From Octopus vulgaris (lineage: Eukaryota): DNA of 64,000 nucleotides. The position numbers were made by a program, and so were the translations under genes. The notes under the pieces were generated by a model. The model was given only the letters and a program-made list of their open reading frames with translations, did no database searches and was not told where the DNA came from. Below are positions 41,603 through 56,535 of this stretch, in pieces. How positions within the stretch are numbered: the first letter of the stretch is position 1; each line of letters starts with the position of its first letter. The DNA lies in contig OX597823.1 of the NCBI GenBank assembly GCA_951406725.2, forward strand, positions 46,686,001 to 46,750,000, given 5' to 3'.

Positions 41603-41998
41603 TTCTTCTCCTTCTCCTTCTTCTTCTCATTCTCCTTCTTCTTCTCCTTCTCCTTTTCCTTCTTCTTCTTCTTCTTCTTCTTCTTCTTCTTCTTCTTCTC
41701 CCCTTTCTCTTTCCTAACTTTATCACTAATGCTTTTTAGTATAACACCTACGCAAATTCTATAAACAAAACATTCAATAGAAATATTTTCATGAATTGAA
41801 CAGCAACTGCTAGCCTCCACTGACCATTCAAAATACTACAATCATGGCACTCCCAAATTCTTCGTCTTCTACTTCCCCTTCTCCTCCCTCTTCTTCTTCT
41901 TCTTCTTCTTCTTCTTCTTCTTCTTCTTCTTCTTCTTCTTCTTCTTCTTCTTCTTCTTCTTCTTCTTCTTCTTCTTCTTCTTCTTCTTCTTCTTCTTC
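41603..41998. repeat. Two (TTC)n microsatellite tracts
   Basis: About 41603-41700 and 41890-41998; source of the poly-E/S/R/K ORFs. Confidence 0.95.
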
Positions 41999-42159
41999 CC
42001 TACCAAGAATTCCCAACGACCTCGAACCCACAAGAGTAAACAAGAGAAACAGAGACAGGCAGAAACAAGGAAAATGCCACTTGTATTTGAACACTATACA
42101 AACATTCTTTTAAAAAAACTTTTCTTTTAATTTTCCTAAATTTAATTATTTAATTGTTA

Positions 42160-42195
42160 CAGTTGAAAAAATCTCAACGACCGAAACCGGTACTG
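42160..42195 (+). ncRNA. Decayed minimal hammerhead motif
   Basis: CAG-UUGAAAA-AAUC-UCAAC-GACC-GAAA-CCGG-U-A-CUG; core mutated. Confidence 0.4.
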
Positions 42196-42259
42196 AAATG
42201 TTCTTTATAAAATTATTTTAGCATTTTCTATCTTGACTTGTTTTTCCATATATATATAT

Positions 42260-42815
42260 AATAACAAAATAATAAATAAAACATATACATATATACATAC
42301 ATATATGTACGTACCTACATCTATAAGTATATATACATGTATGGGTACAGGACACCAAAAAAACGTCGAACACAATGAGAAACGAAAACATAAAACAAAA
42401 CCAAGGAAACGGATATTTTTTAAACAACGAAAAAACCGAGTAAAAGACATACAACACAAGGAAAATTCCCCTTCTTCAGCCGCCTCTGTTTCGTCTACTC
42501 CGTGTTTCGAAGGTAAAGGCGAGACACGACTTAATTGAAACAGTTCTTCTCGCAAAGCAAATTAAATAAAATTTGGGATTTTTTGCGGAGGGGTAAAAGT
42601 GGTAACAAAAACAGGACAGTAAAGACAATACAAATAAAAACAGTAAAAGACGGGACAAGGAGAATAACAGTAACACAAACATTAAGGGCTGTTAAGCCTG
42701 AACGAAAGAAAAATTATTTTGAACGCTTTGAAAACGGCTTGAGATGGACAGAGAAAGCCGACTTCACTTGTTGGAAGTAGTAGTCAGGAAGACAGTAGAC
42801 CGCTGGTCACGTGTC
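42260..42815 (-). mobile_element. PLE-terminus-like repeat family C
   Basis: Related segments at 12668-12925, 15050-15390, 15795-16260, 43085-43305 and 56075-57125. Confidence 0.7.
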
Positions 42816-43574
42816 AGTGACGGGAGGGAGGGAGGGAGGGAGGGAGGGAGGGAGGAGGAGGAGGAGGAAGAGTAAGAGAAAAGGAGAGAAAAAAGGGAAG
42901 GGTTGTAGAGAAAACCAGAAAGAATGAAGAATGAGGGAGAGAGAGAGGGACAGTAAGGTTAGAAGAAAGGAAACCAGAAAGAATGAAGAATGAGAGAGGG
43001 AGGGAGACAGAAAGGTTAAGAGTGCGCATTATCATTATTAAGATAAAACTTACTTGGAAATGGATGCGTGGCGTTCCATCATGTTATAACAAAATAATAA
43101 ATAAAACATATGCATATATACATACATATATGTACGTACCTACATTTCTATGTATATATACATGCATATATGGGTACAGGGCACAAAAAAAAACGTGGAA
43201 CACAATGAGAAACGAAAACAAAAACAAAACCAAGGAAACGAACATTTTTTAAACAACGAAAAAAAACAGAGTAAAAAGCATACAACACAAGGAAAATTCC
43301 TCTGGGACAAAGGGTGCTAATCAGCACCAGTGTTGCTAGAAATAAGAGGCAAAACAACTCAATTACCACACCAGAACTATCTTAGCGACTGACAAGGGGG
43401 ACAAGCTTCCTACGGTCGCAGATATAGTCAGATCATCGATGATTTCGTCTTTTGATGCTTAACGCATTTTAATGCTCATCGGTGAGTATTATCGAGCCAA
43501 GGGTTAAACTCAGCTCACCTTGTCAGATTTCCGTTGAAATCAAGCGCTGATTTCATAAACGGTAAAAGTGAAAA

Positions 43575-43906
43575 TTGGATGGAAGCACTCCGTCGGTTAC
43601 GACGACGAGGGTTCCGGTTGATCCGAATCAACGGAACAGCCTGCTCATGAATTAACGTGTACCCTTAACGTAGTTCTCGGGGATATTCAGCGTGACACAG
43701 AGAGTGACAAGGCCGGCCCTTTGAAATACAGGTACAACAGAAACAGGAAGTAAGAGTGAGAGAAAGTTGTGGTGAAAGAGTACAGCAGGGATCACTTTTA
43801 GGTGTTTTCGCTCAATAAACACTCACAACGCCCGGTCTGGGAATCGAAACCGCGATCCTATGACCGCGAGTCCGCTGCCCTAACCACTGGGCCATTGCGC
43901 CTCCAC
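43575..43906 (-). mobile_element. tRNA-derived SINE family C
   Basis: Minus head GGAGGCGCAATGGCCCAGTGGTTAGGGCAGCGG...GGTTTCGATTCC; tail shared with 61650-61978. Confidence 0.85.
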
Positions 43907-44194
43907 ATCTATCTATCTATATTTATACAAACTTGAGTTAGACATCACTTTAATTTATAGCTATACCTAACTTGAGTAAATGGTGGGTCGACGGGGAACC
44001 CTGTGCATACAGTGTCAAGGTACAACATGATATATGTAAACGTTTACCGTAGACATACAAGCTCGTGAAATTTCCCTATTTCTCTGTCGACTGAGAAAAT
44101 GCTGAGAAAAATGATAACGGTCAGCTTTGCGGACGTTATCTTTTTTGCCATGCTTTGGCACATATAAAATGCACGCACATGCCAATAGAGTAAG

Positions 44195-44262
<68 letters not shown>

Positions 44263-45626
44263 GTATGCATGAATAAGGAGGAAGAGAGAGGGGGATGAGT
44301 GGGCAGAAAATTCGTCAAAGAGTGAAACTTCCAAAGCGTACAGAGAAAATGTTAATGGAAAAACTCGAACTGAAACAAAACAAAGGAAGTAAAAAAAAAA
44401 AGCACGAACTAACTCTGTTGCTCTTCTTCCTATATTAGCAAAAGACTGGGCGATGGTGAAGGTGAATTTGATTCTACCAAAAATAATTAATCCTCTCTCA
44501 TGGACAGCAGGGAATATCGCTTAATCTTTGAAGCTCAAACAAAGTCTTCGTATTTATGTGACCCGGAACTTTATTCTGGGGGTGAAATATTTTTCTGATT
44601 GCTATGTTCATAGCAGGAATTGAACTCAGTATTACAGACTAACAAAATCTATCTCAAAGCCCGAATAAAGCTCTCACACTATTTCCATTGTTGAACAGTT
44701 TCTAACTACAACACTTATTTATAGATAATTGTTTAGAAGTATGTATATTCCTTATTCTTGGATGCAAGTATCAGATATGATAGAATTTAACCTATTTGCC
44801 AATCGACTAGCCTTATGCTTATTCGGAATACTGTTACTCTTGCTGCAGTTATCAGAATGGAGTGTCGCAGTTATGCAGGCTGCTTGCACAATTAAACAAT
44901 AGTCACTATGTACATACGGTAAGGTCACCTCCTTTGTATTTTCTTAAGGAATATTTGCTGCTTCTTAAGAAGTATTATGTGATAAATTGAGGTTTCGAAA
45001 CCAATTGAGCTATACTTTCAACAAAGATAAAAATCACATTATCCCGATAGACAAATAATATTTCTATGCTGCTTGTATAAACAATTACGTTCTTTAAACA
45101 ATTGAGAATTTATGTAAATTTCATACATATCTTAAATTTAATCACTTAAGCAATGACTATGCAAATTGTTCAATTGAAAATGAAATTGAAATCTGAAAAA
45201 CTGTCGCATATTAAGAACAATGTCTAATGGTGTTTAATATGGAAACATTTTCCACAATACTGCCGCAGATAATATATCTAATGCAATAACCCATGATACC
45301 GCAAGACAATAGATTATAATGCAAATGTATCTATAATACACACAGAGATTCTAATGCACATATATTGATATGAATGGAGTTAGTCATCACAGTGAGTCAA
45401 CTGATCAATATGACATTTATTTTAGTAAGTGTGTTAAACGGAGCCAATTACTTCGCTTAGCATATGTTTCCATCACCATTGGCTGGGATTAGATATATTA
45501 ACTCTACGGAAACGAATACCTATCTCCGAGTTTTAATCCTTTGAGTGGATTCGAGTCCTTTCTGGGGATATTGCAATAATAATAATAATAACAGCAATAA
45601 TAATAATGATAATAATAATAATGATG

Positions 45627-45679
<53 letters not shown>

Positions 45680-45715
45680 CATAATCATAACAACAAAAAC
45701 AACAATAGTAATAAA

Positions 45716-46206
45716 TATCCTGATGCAGTATCAGGCAGTGGTTCTCATGGATTCTGATCTTAACTGATTGGAAGTGCTATCATGTACATTGATTTGTCTT
45801 GGTATAAAAGATGAGCTACAGCAAATATTCTGCTCAATACCACAGATTCGTTTGTCAGTTGTTTGATCTTAACAGTTGAGTATGTCCTTTAGTGGCTGAC
45901 GATATGTGCATCGCTGATTACGAGCAGAAATAGTGGGGGAGCATCGTAGCCATATCTTGAGAGGAATGTTTTGAGGTTTGGATAATTTACCTTTAGTAAC
46001 ATATGCGTTTCGTTCAACACACTCAAACAACCCTTATTCAGTGACCTTTTGAACGGGATAGGCTGCTCGACCTGAAGAAAATCCTAACTGGGCCCCACCT
46101 GTGCCTGGCGTACCCTTATCAGACAGGTAGTCATGATGGGTATACTGGGCTTCGTATATTTTACCCTAGTGTCACTTTGATAGCATGCACTGCTCTCTCT
46201 TTCTCT

Positions 46207-46210
<4 letters not shown>
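45716..46210 (+). mobile_element. (TAA)n-embedded element, second copy
   Basis: Homologous to the reverse complement of 32681-33190; ends in a (TAA)n tail. Confidence 0.65.
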
Positions 46211-46262
<52 letters not shown>

Positions 46263-47137
46263 TATTCGTTAGTCATTAACTTTTGGTACTATGGCGAGAA
46301 ACTGCATCTCACGTATAACCTATTTAAATCCGGATCGTGCCGTGAAATGCATCTTACGCGCAAATATGTAGATATGAACAAGCAGAAAAGATATTAAACG
46401 AAAAAAATCCAAAAAGCTACTGATTGCTACAGTTGATTAACTTGTTATTCTCATTTTCATATATAGCAAGAATTTTTTCAGGAATTATGTTGCAAATTCC
46501 ATCATTTCAAGATTGATCTAGAAACAACCTCGGGCACCTAAGCTGGGATCTGCGAAATAATATGAGCTTCAGTTTTATTATTTCAGAGATATGTGGTGTG
46601 TGGGCTATGAGTTACTTAAAGAGGAAGTGATAGATGATGGGAGAAAAAAGTTAGCAGTGTTTCGGTTTCATATATAGATATATTTACATAAGTACGACTA
46701 TAATGACGTTAGTATTATGCATCGTGAGTACATTGAGAAAACGAAGAGATGAGTAATCGTTTAACAAAGATAATTATTTGTAAAACTGAGAAATGCAGAA
46801 CATTGAACTTAATAAACAAGCAAATGAAAATATAATCAATATAGAGGGTAGCAAACGAAGTCACTTGCATATGTAAATTCTTAATTTGATTCAGTACTAG
46901 CTTAAGTTTGAAAATGTATTTATCACTTATAGAAAATACAAAAGATATTAGGTATATAGTAGGACCTTTTAAAAAGAACATAACGATGGAAGGGTACAGT
47001 GAAAATACATAATTTGGTAATATTCCATAGAAAGAGAATTGACGAAATGCATTTCTTTTATATATCTCCGTATATCGTATCAAACTAAAAGATAGGTTAA
47101 TATTTTTCTGTAGACGTCCTTAGATACTTCTTTGCCA

Positions 47138-47625
<488 letters not shown>

Positions 47626-48984
47626 AATATTGTTTTAGGTTAAGACTATATCATGAATGATATAGACTGAATATATTTTTAAAATGCAATAAGCTAAGTT
47701 AGGACTGCGTAATAAATGATACAAGCTGGATGAAGAGATACGAACAGTAGTATGACTGTAGTATAAATGATATAGCATGGAGTTGGTCTGTGCCATAATT
47801 CGATTGGTTAAGAGGCAGAAAAGTGTGTTATCCAATTCTAAAATGTCGTAATTGGATAACATTAATTATATTCTGTAGTTTGTGAAGATATGCAGAGATC
47901 TGGTCAATGGTGTTATTGTTGCAAAGGAAAGAAGGCTTGGATCATTTTTGATAAAATGCTAATATGCAAGCTCGAATACTTTATTGTAATATTTGCGAGT
48001 CTGTAATGGAAAGAAATAATAGATTTGTGGAAAATTTTATTTTTAGCTTCAAATAATTAAATAAATAAAAGTCCTAAATTCTTTTGGTAAAACTTTGCAT
48101 ATAAAGTGAAAAACAACAAATTACCAAAGAATTTACTTTTACTGAAAATAGGTAACTTAAAGATAGATCAATCAGGTTTATAAGAAACTATGAAAACAAT
48201 AGCGTGTTTAGTTTCTCTCTCTTTGAAAAATTTGTATTATCAGTTCTGTATGCGCTTATAATTATCAGTGCTTATAGAAGTTGTTATGCGTACGTGTATG
48301 TGTTTATGTGCTTGACTGAAGAGGTGCCTCTATGCACGCGTGCATGTGTGTGTGTGTGTGTGTGTGAGCATAGGTTTCAGATGCCCGAAAAATAGGGAGC
48401 TACACTGAAAGTACGGATTTCTCCAGTTTCCATTGTTGAGAAAGAAAATATCCGTAAAAGACAGAATGGTTGATATAAATAGAAATGTATAAACACATAT
48501 ATTCCATTCTGTCGAGGAAAAGTAAATGGCACGGCTAATTTAAGTGCTTTCATCTGCTGATATTCTAGCATCGAGATTTTTGTTTCAAATCTTAGCAACT
48601 GAACACGAAAAACAAGAACAAAAAAAATATCAATTAGTTTGTGAAAAAAGTTCTCTTGCAATTATGTTAAAGACTTTCAGGGTTGTTATTTTATATTGGT
48701 AGATACGACATTGAACTCCGGAAATATTTCTTTTGCAAGGTAGTAGCAGGAATTTCGCTTTCCTAATCAATTTGGAACTGCGGTATGGAAAACCACCCGC
48801 CTGCGTATAACATTGAACATTTACATCAATAACACGAGGTTAACAGCTAGTAGAGGCACTGGAGGTTTTGCACATGTAATATATAAAATTTAAACCATAT
48901 ATTCATCATATCTCAAATTAAAGAACAAATAACCTTACAACACTACAAAACTCAAATAATTTAATGTAGCTATTGCATGCGCTA

Positions 48985-49245
48985 GTGGAGGCGCGTGGCT
49001 TAGTGGTTAGGGTGTCAGCACCATAATTGTAAGATTGTGGTTTCGATTCCTGGACCGTGCGACGTGTTGTGTTCTTGAGCAAAACACTTCGTTTCACGTT
49101 GGTCCAGTCCACTCAGCTGGCAAAAATGAGTAATGCTACGATGGACTGGCGTCCCGTCCAGCTGGGAAACATACACCATAGAAACCGGGAAACCGGGCCC
49201 ATGAGCCTGGCTAGGCGTTAAAAGGGCGCATTTATTTTATTTTAT
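48985..49245 (+). mobile_element. SINE family C (CORE-like plus V-like GATGGACTGGCGTCCCGTCCAG block), 13-bp TSD
   Basis: TATTGCATGCGCT at 48971-48983 and 49246-49258. Confidence 0.88.
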
Positions 49246-49676
49246 TATTGCATGCGCTGCAGGCAAAAGGTAAGCTTCTGACAAGTCGAGACAGCAACCA
49301 GGTTTCGATATTCACTTAATGCAAGTTTACTTCACCTAGTATAATAATATTCTAAAAACGGCATAACATCATCTTATTCCAACTCTACTGTTTCCAAAAA
49401 TGTCAGTATTTTAAGGCCGACAGAAGCTAAAATTGCCATATGACTTTAAACAAGGAAGAAAGTTTAGATAGGATAGTGTACCACTGCCTAAAAATATATA
49501 TACTAAATGAAACATATATTTCAAAATTATAGAAAAGCAAAGAATTAAGGACTTTATATATAGTGACCAGGTGTATCAATGAATGGGTACTGATAACTAC
49601 AGACCATTTACAGAAAGCAGTGGACATACATCTGTGACATTGAAACCCTTATTGAGGATATTAACCCTTATTGCAG

Positions 49677-50095
49677 GCGGCGAGCTGGCAGAAACGTTAG
49701 CACGCCGGGCGAAATGCGTAGCCGTAATTCGTCTGCCGTTACGTTCTGAGTTCAAATTCCGTCGAGGTCGACTTTGCCTTTCATTCTTTCGGGGTCGATT
49801 AAAATAAGTACCAGTTACGCACTGGGGTAGATATAATCGACCTAATCCGTTTGTTTGTCCTTGTTTGTCCCCTGTGTGTTTAGCCCCTTGTGGGTAGTAA
49901 AGAAGTAGGTATTTCGTCTGTCGTTACGTTCTGAGTTCAAATTCCGCCGAGGTCGACTCTGCCTTTCATCCTTTCGGGGTCGATAAATGAAATACCAGTT
50001 TCGCACTGGGGTCGATGTAATCGACTTAATCCCTTTGTCTGTCCTTGTTTGTCCCCTCTATGTTTAGCCACTTGTGGGCAATAAAGAAATATATA
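49677..50095 (+). mobile_element. SINE family B head-to-tail dimer
   Basis: Full monomer followed by a second monomer lacking the A-box part. Confidence 0.9.
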
Positions 50096-51025
50096 AATAT
50101 ATATAAATAAAGAAATATATAAATATATAAGGATATAAACAAGAAAATATATTGCTCCATTTGAGAGTTTTATTTCAAAAACAAATTAGCGACACTCCAT
50201 TGCATAAATTCTGCAATCTTCATAGAATAAGGGACAGAAAAGGTTATACATGTTTAGTTCACGAACAAAAGAAAGCCTATCGAATGTCGAAACAAATTCT
50301 TTTGGCGAGGAAATATCTAGGGTGTGGGTGAGTGAACGCAATCTATCAATCTCTTATGTCGAGTAGGTTTTAAAGACATTATAAGAAAATATGTTACGGT
50401 AAGAATAAGGTATTAAACTGTTCAGTTTTTTTTTAAATATTTATAAAAAGTGTATTTATTATATTAGTCAATGGAAAATGTGTTCCTCTTTTATTCAGCT
50501 CGTATATACTACCCATGAGAATAAATGTGAACATAAACTCAAATACATACATACGTATGTCTGTGTGTTATAGCCATATATTTAGATATGTATATATATT
50601 ATACATACAAAAGAGACAAAAGAGACCGATAGAATAAGTACTGGGCTTACTAAGAATAAGTCACGGGGTCGATTTGCTCGACTAAAGGCGGTGCTCCAGT
50701 ATGGCCGCAGTCAAATGACTGAAACAAGTAAAAGAGTAAAAGAGTATACATACATACATGCATACATACATACATACATACATACATACATACATGCATA
50801 CATACATACATACATACATACATACATACATACATACATACATACATACATACATACATACATACATACATACATACATACATGCATATATATCTCGCCA
50901 TGCTGAACCGTAGAACTCTACAAATTTTTTTCTTTCTCAGTTTTTTTTAAAATTCTTTCTCCGTTTTTTTTTCTCTTAATCCTTCCTGTCGAAACGCGTA
51001 GGTTCGAAACGTAAAAGAGTTTTCC

Positions 51026-51110
<85 letters not shown>

Positions 51111-51149
51111 TATGTGTGTGTATGTATGTATGTATGTATCTATATATAT

Positions 51150-52868
51150 ATTGATCAAAATAAAAACATGATGCCAAGGATTCAGCGGTACATATGTTTC
51201 GGGCCTTTATTAGACAGATTTATAATAATGCATAATGTATGTCTGTGGCCTTCTTCAGCCGCGCACAACAGCTTCCACAAGGACATGTGTTACATCAAAA
51301 ATTCTTGGTTGGGGATGCAAATCCTCTCATTCGCGTACGACATAATGCGGCAACAGCATAGAATTGAAGCGTCCATCTCTTTCTTCTCACAATGTAGAAT
51401 GAGGAAATTTGGATGTTGAAGTAATGTAAATAAATAAATACATATATAGACGTGAAGATGGAGGGGCGAGAATTCAGGACGAGGGATAAAAAATGTATGT
51501 ATAAAAAGTGTAAGTATAGAAAAATATAAAAATGTAGAGTATAAAGATATAAAGGGATATAAGGAGATGTAAAGGGGGTATAAAGAATATAAAGAAATAT
51601 AAATGAATGTAAAGGCATAAGGTTATAAAGTAAAGATAGAAATAGAAATAAAAGTAAAAATGTAAAAAAATAAAAATAGGAATAAACATGATAAAAATGT
51701 AAAAAAATATAAAAAAATATAAAGATAAGGGATGTATAGAGGTTACGGACCAAACATGGTGGTCAGGAGATTGATAAAGTTTAGTAGTAGAAGTTGTCTG
51801 GGGACCTAGTGTGTTGTAAATCAGAGCTGTTGAGCGTTTAATCTAGTTCTTTGAATTAATTGGTCATCTTGTACATACATACCATCATGGATACATACAC
51901 CCATATACACGCGCACATATACGCGCGCATACACGGCTCCAAGCCTATAAGCGTACACACGCACTCACGTGTAAACATGTACATAAACACACATACACCC
52001 ACACGCACGCGCGTACATATACATACATATAACAGAATATCCGCATGTATACACGGACATTATACGTGTACACACCCATATATACATACGTGCGTCCATC
52101 CTTACATACACATACACATATGCCCACGCTTCCAGGTTTAGATATAAGATATTAAAGGATGTATATAAGAACGTATGTAAAGAATCACGCACTCACGTCC
52201 ACACGTGCACGCACACACGGCTGTGTGTCCATATGTGCGTTCACATATATACTTACATACACGCACAGAGACATACGCGCATATGGGTATAGCTATAAGA
52301 TATTAAAAGATGTATACAAATAGGTGTAAACATATGAGTATAAGAAAACATGTAAAAAAATGTAAAGAAATACGGGGTATGCACATCCAGACGTAGATGT
52401 TTACTCGTACATATGTACACATATGTATACGTATACATACGTACACGGACGCTCGTATAATCATAAAGCGGATCCATAGGTAAGTAAATAAGGGATAAGC
52501 AAAAAAAATAGACATATATAGAGATATAAAGCGATAAGTTAGGGGTAAGAATGAGGGTAAGAGTAAAAATTAGAAATAAAAGTAAGAAATACAATATAAA
52601 ATAAGAAATACAATGTAAAAGTTAGAAATGAAATATAAAAATTATAAAAATTATAAGAATTAAGATAAGGGATGAAGATAAAAATGAGAATAAAGGTGAA
52701 GCGAAGTAGAATAGCATAAAGCAAAATAAAAGTAAAAATAAAAATAAAATAAAATAAAAATATAATCTGGTAAAGTTTAACATGAGATGAAGGTGGTTGA
52801 AAGTTAGAGGTGTGTGTTAAAGGTGCCCACGTAGGGGCGGGCGGCATCATGTTTTTATTTTGATCAAT
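51150..52868 (-). mobile_element. 1.7-kb non-coding element with 26-bp inverted ends and a hammerhead
   Basis: ATTGATCAAAATAAAAACATGATGCC (51150-51175) perfectly inverted at 52843-52868; strongly strand-biased low-complexity interior. Confidence 0.75.
51185..51262 (-). ncRNA. Type I hammerhead ribozyme motif with long helix II
   Basis: GCGG-CUGAAGA-A-GGCC-(ACAGA...UCUGU arm)-GGCC-C-GAAA-CAUAUG-U-A-CCGC; GUA cleavage triplet, palindromic helix III. Confidence 0.8.
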
Positions 52869-52984
52869 TTACTCCACCACCTACACCACCAAACGGTATA
52901 CACAGGTGCTTATAATTATCAAGTACTCACCCCGAATTTCTATCTATATATACATATAGATAGATAGATTGATAGATAGATAGG

Positions 52985-53108
<124 letters not shown>

Positions 53109-54209
53109 CATGCATACATACATATACAGAGATAAGGACAGAAAGTAAGAGAGAGGTCGAGGGACACTTATTTGTGATTAAATGTTTGTATGTAGGAATT
53201 TAACTCACGAGTTAGAATAGTATCCGGTATAGGTTATACATGATGAAGACAGCATCACATCTAATTTAAACAGTAACATATTTGAAGCAATTTATTCGTA
53301 TTTGACATATACGCTATAAGTATTTTTCTCAATAAACATCCTATTGCAATGGCTGCCAAATTTTCTCAGAACGAAGCACACCAACTAATAATTAACCCTT
53401 AAAAGTTCGAAGAAGTCATTTTAATATAGAGAAAAAAATGATCAAATTATCTTCTGTGAATAAGCAATGCACGTAAAAGGAACAGCATACATTTAATGGT
53501 TGTTTGTAAACTAATGAGACACCTGACTTTAATGTGATTTACTAATTTCATTTAGTCCCAGTGGAATATTTGATAAAGCGATATGTAGTTCAATTTCCAC
53601 CGATAATACGCAGTGCTGCGGCTTCGTTTTGATCTTAACTGAATGATGAGAACGTCATCTCAAAGAAATATATGGTAGAAAAGGGAAGTAATGCTTTTAA
53701 GGCCTTTTTATGCAATCTCTGGATATTCCTTTTGTGTCGTTATCCAGAATGTGTGAATAGAATATTCGGAAAATTGTGAATTTAATGAGATATCAGTGGG
53801 TTGGTTTAGTTCTATAGCAGTGAGATTAGCTATATCGTGTGAATCTATTGGTAATGGTACAACTTACCGTTGGAAATGACTGAAGAGAATTATGAACGTG
53901 AGACTGCTGTATTAAAGATACTCACACATTATTCTTTTTTTTTTATTCTTTTACTTCAGTTATCTTTACTTTTTCCTTCAGTTATTTAACTGCAGTCATG
54001 TTGGAGCATCGCCTTAAAGAGTTTTTAGTCGAAAAATCGACCCCAGGACTTATTCTTTGTAAGCCTAGTACTTATTATATCGGTATCTTTAGCCGAACCG
54101 CTAGATTACGGGGACGCAAAGACGCCAACATCAGTTGTTTGTCAAGTGATGGGGGTGGGGACAAACACAGACACAATGACATATCACACACACACACATA
54201 TCAATACGC

Positions 54210-54570
54210 TCAATTCTGGGGTAGCTAACATTTTTCACGTCATAAAGTTAAACCTACCAATCTTTCTACAAAGGCCCAAAATAAATAAACTCTCACTGAT
54301 AAGAAAAGAACCCTTACGAAGCAGTAAACGCCAGCCAAAAATCTCAAAAGGACACCTCACAAGAGCAAAATTCATACCAGAGAATGAATCAGAATTCTCT
54401 GTAAAAGAATGTGGAGACACCAGATGTAGAACATGCAACAACAACTTGAAATATTTATAAAGTGGTTCCCACATAAATTTCAAGATACTCGTTCAAAGTA
54501 AATGTAAATATGACCTGCAAGACGCAGAATCTCATATACTGCACTACTTGCCCCATTACTTGGAGACAAT
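54210..54570 (+). mobile_element. Penelope-like relic (linker to start of GIY-YIG)
   Basis: SKRQPK...LTRAKF...KECGDTRCRTC then NMTCKTQNLIYCTTCP. Confidence 0.8.
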
Positions 54571-55046
54571 ATGCATGAACACCCCTCTAAATGAAACATA
54601 CTATGGAAATTACATAGTTAGCTCACACAGACGCTGTGCCCAGCTAATACGACTCTGGAGAAATAATGCAAATGAATGCTCCAATGAACGTTATAGTGCT
54701 GTCTAACAATATTCACATACCATGTAAGGTGATATCAATGCATGCTATATGATTTGGGTGTCTGTCAAGAAAGCTTCATCGTGGTCATTTTATCACTTTA
54801 ATATTATATTTTTAATAGTAATGATGATAGGTGAAGTTGTTTTTGAATGTGGCTCCAATGTTAATACCGTGATACTCATCTCTATAAATGATCATATATA
54901 TACATACACAATTGAAAAATAGGATAAAATCTTTATAAGAATTTATCAAGTAGTTAGCGGCAAAAAACTCATAAGGAATGAATCCATCAATGATTCCTTT
55001 TAAATATATTTATTTATATTAAGGGCATTACTATACATAAATGCCC

Positions 55047-55131
<85 letters not shown>

Positions 55132-55858
55132 CATTGGGATTTTGACAACTTTTATACCCGAGAACGAATACTAGAACCATTTTACCACTGATTAGGAAAG
55201 GAATCTAATGTACCTACTTGGCAAAGTAATTCGTGAAAAAGATCTCTTTTGAATTATCTTTTAAAGCAAGAAAAAAAAAAATCCTACAAAATGATGAAAG
55301 ACTCTCAAAAATATATTTAAACAGGCCCTGCTTTGTTATGTAATTTATATTCAACAGAGTGGCTTCCAGCTAAATATACAATATACATGTTATTACACAA
55401 CTCATTTATAATGTTTGATTAAATGCACATAGGGAATAAATTGAATTATAAACAGTACCAAACACAAATTATCTTTTATATTCTGACTTTATTTTCCTAA
55501 TTTATGATTGTTTTATTAATATTTAATGTGTGTTCTTGCAAAAACATGGAATTACACAGAATATGGGATTTGACTATACAAGTCTAAGGGAATATACATT
55601 TTCATAAGACTTTGAACTATTTTCATTTTCAGTGATGACTGCAACCTCTCCTCTCTTTTCTTATCCGTCCCATCCTGCTTCCTAAATTTGACATCTTCAA
55701 TAGTCATCTAGCCCTTGTGAAGAAATGTGTTGTTTTTTTTACAAATATGTCGATAGGTATACAATGAGAGGGGAAAGAGGCGGAAGTGAAAAACAAGAAA
55801 AAAGAATTCTTTGTAATGGAATTTCAATGGGTTGACCACATCAAATTGAAAAGGGACC

Positions 55859-55914
<56 letters not shown>

Positions 55915-56149
55915 TCATTCATTCTTTCTTTCTTTCTTTCTTTCTCTCTCTTTCTCTCTGTGTATATATTAGTATTTTGCTCTGTACTTATCTCTCGTCT
56001 GTTTACATATTTTTCACTCGTTGGTGATTTCCTGTACTTAATGTGTATTATGTATATACATATATATATATAGTGTAATAAATAAAATATATGCATACAT
56101 ACAAACATATATGTACGTACCGACATCTACATGTATATATACATGCATA

Positions 56150-56535
56150 TCTCTCTCTATATAAACGGCAGTTTGTCTGTGTGTGTTTCTGTGTGTCTGT
56201 TAGGTTGTACCCTCACCCTGACCACGGCTTTCAACCGATTCTGATGAAACTTGACACACACATAGCCCAATGTCATAATTCAAAACTAACGCAGCGAAAA
56301 TTTTGAAAAGTTCCCCCAGTTCTGAAAAAAATCGATAAATTCGACATGGGGTCGAGAATCAGAAACACAAACCACAGACTGTCTAGGGGGACGCAACTCC
56401 ACCTTTTTAACTCTCAAAAATAAATTTACCATAATTTTTTAAAAATTTTTTTGCTATTTTTTGGCTATAACTCTCTAAAAATGCTTTATAGTTATTTCCC
56501 TTACAAACCCGAGCAACGCCGGGCGATACTGCTAG
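56150..56535 (+). mobile_element. Non-autonomous Helitron nested in a family C repeat
   Basis: A|TC start, CCCG-AGCAACGC-CGGG hairpin, CTAG|T end, no TSD; flanks rejoin as the family C sequence. Confidence 0.85.

Noticed and set aside
43840-43906. tRNA-like sequences here and at 48985 and 63392
   Set aside because: They are SINE heads continuing into SINE bodies; no complete cloverleaf
48204-48290. SVLYALIIISAYRSCY as PolB motif A
   Set aside because: Lacks the Asp and Pro and is mis-spaced; a better motif A lies at 49298-49370
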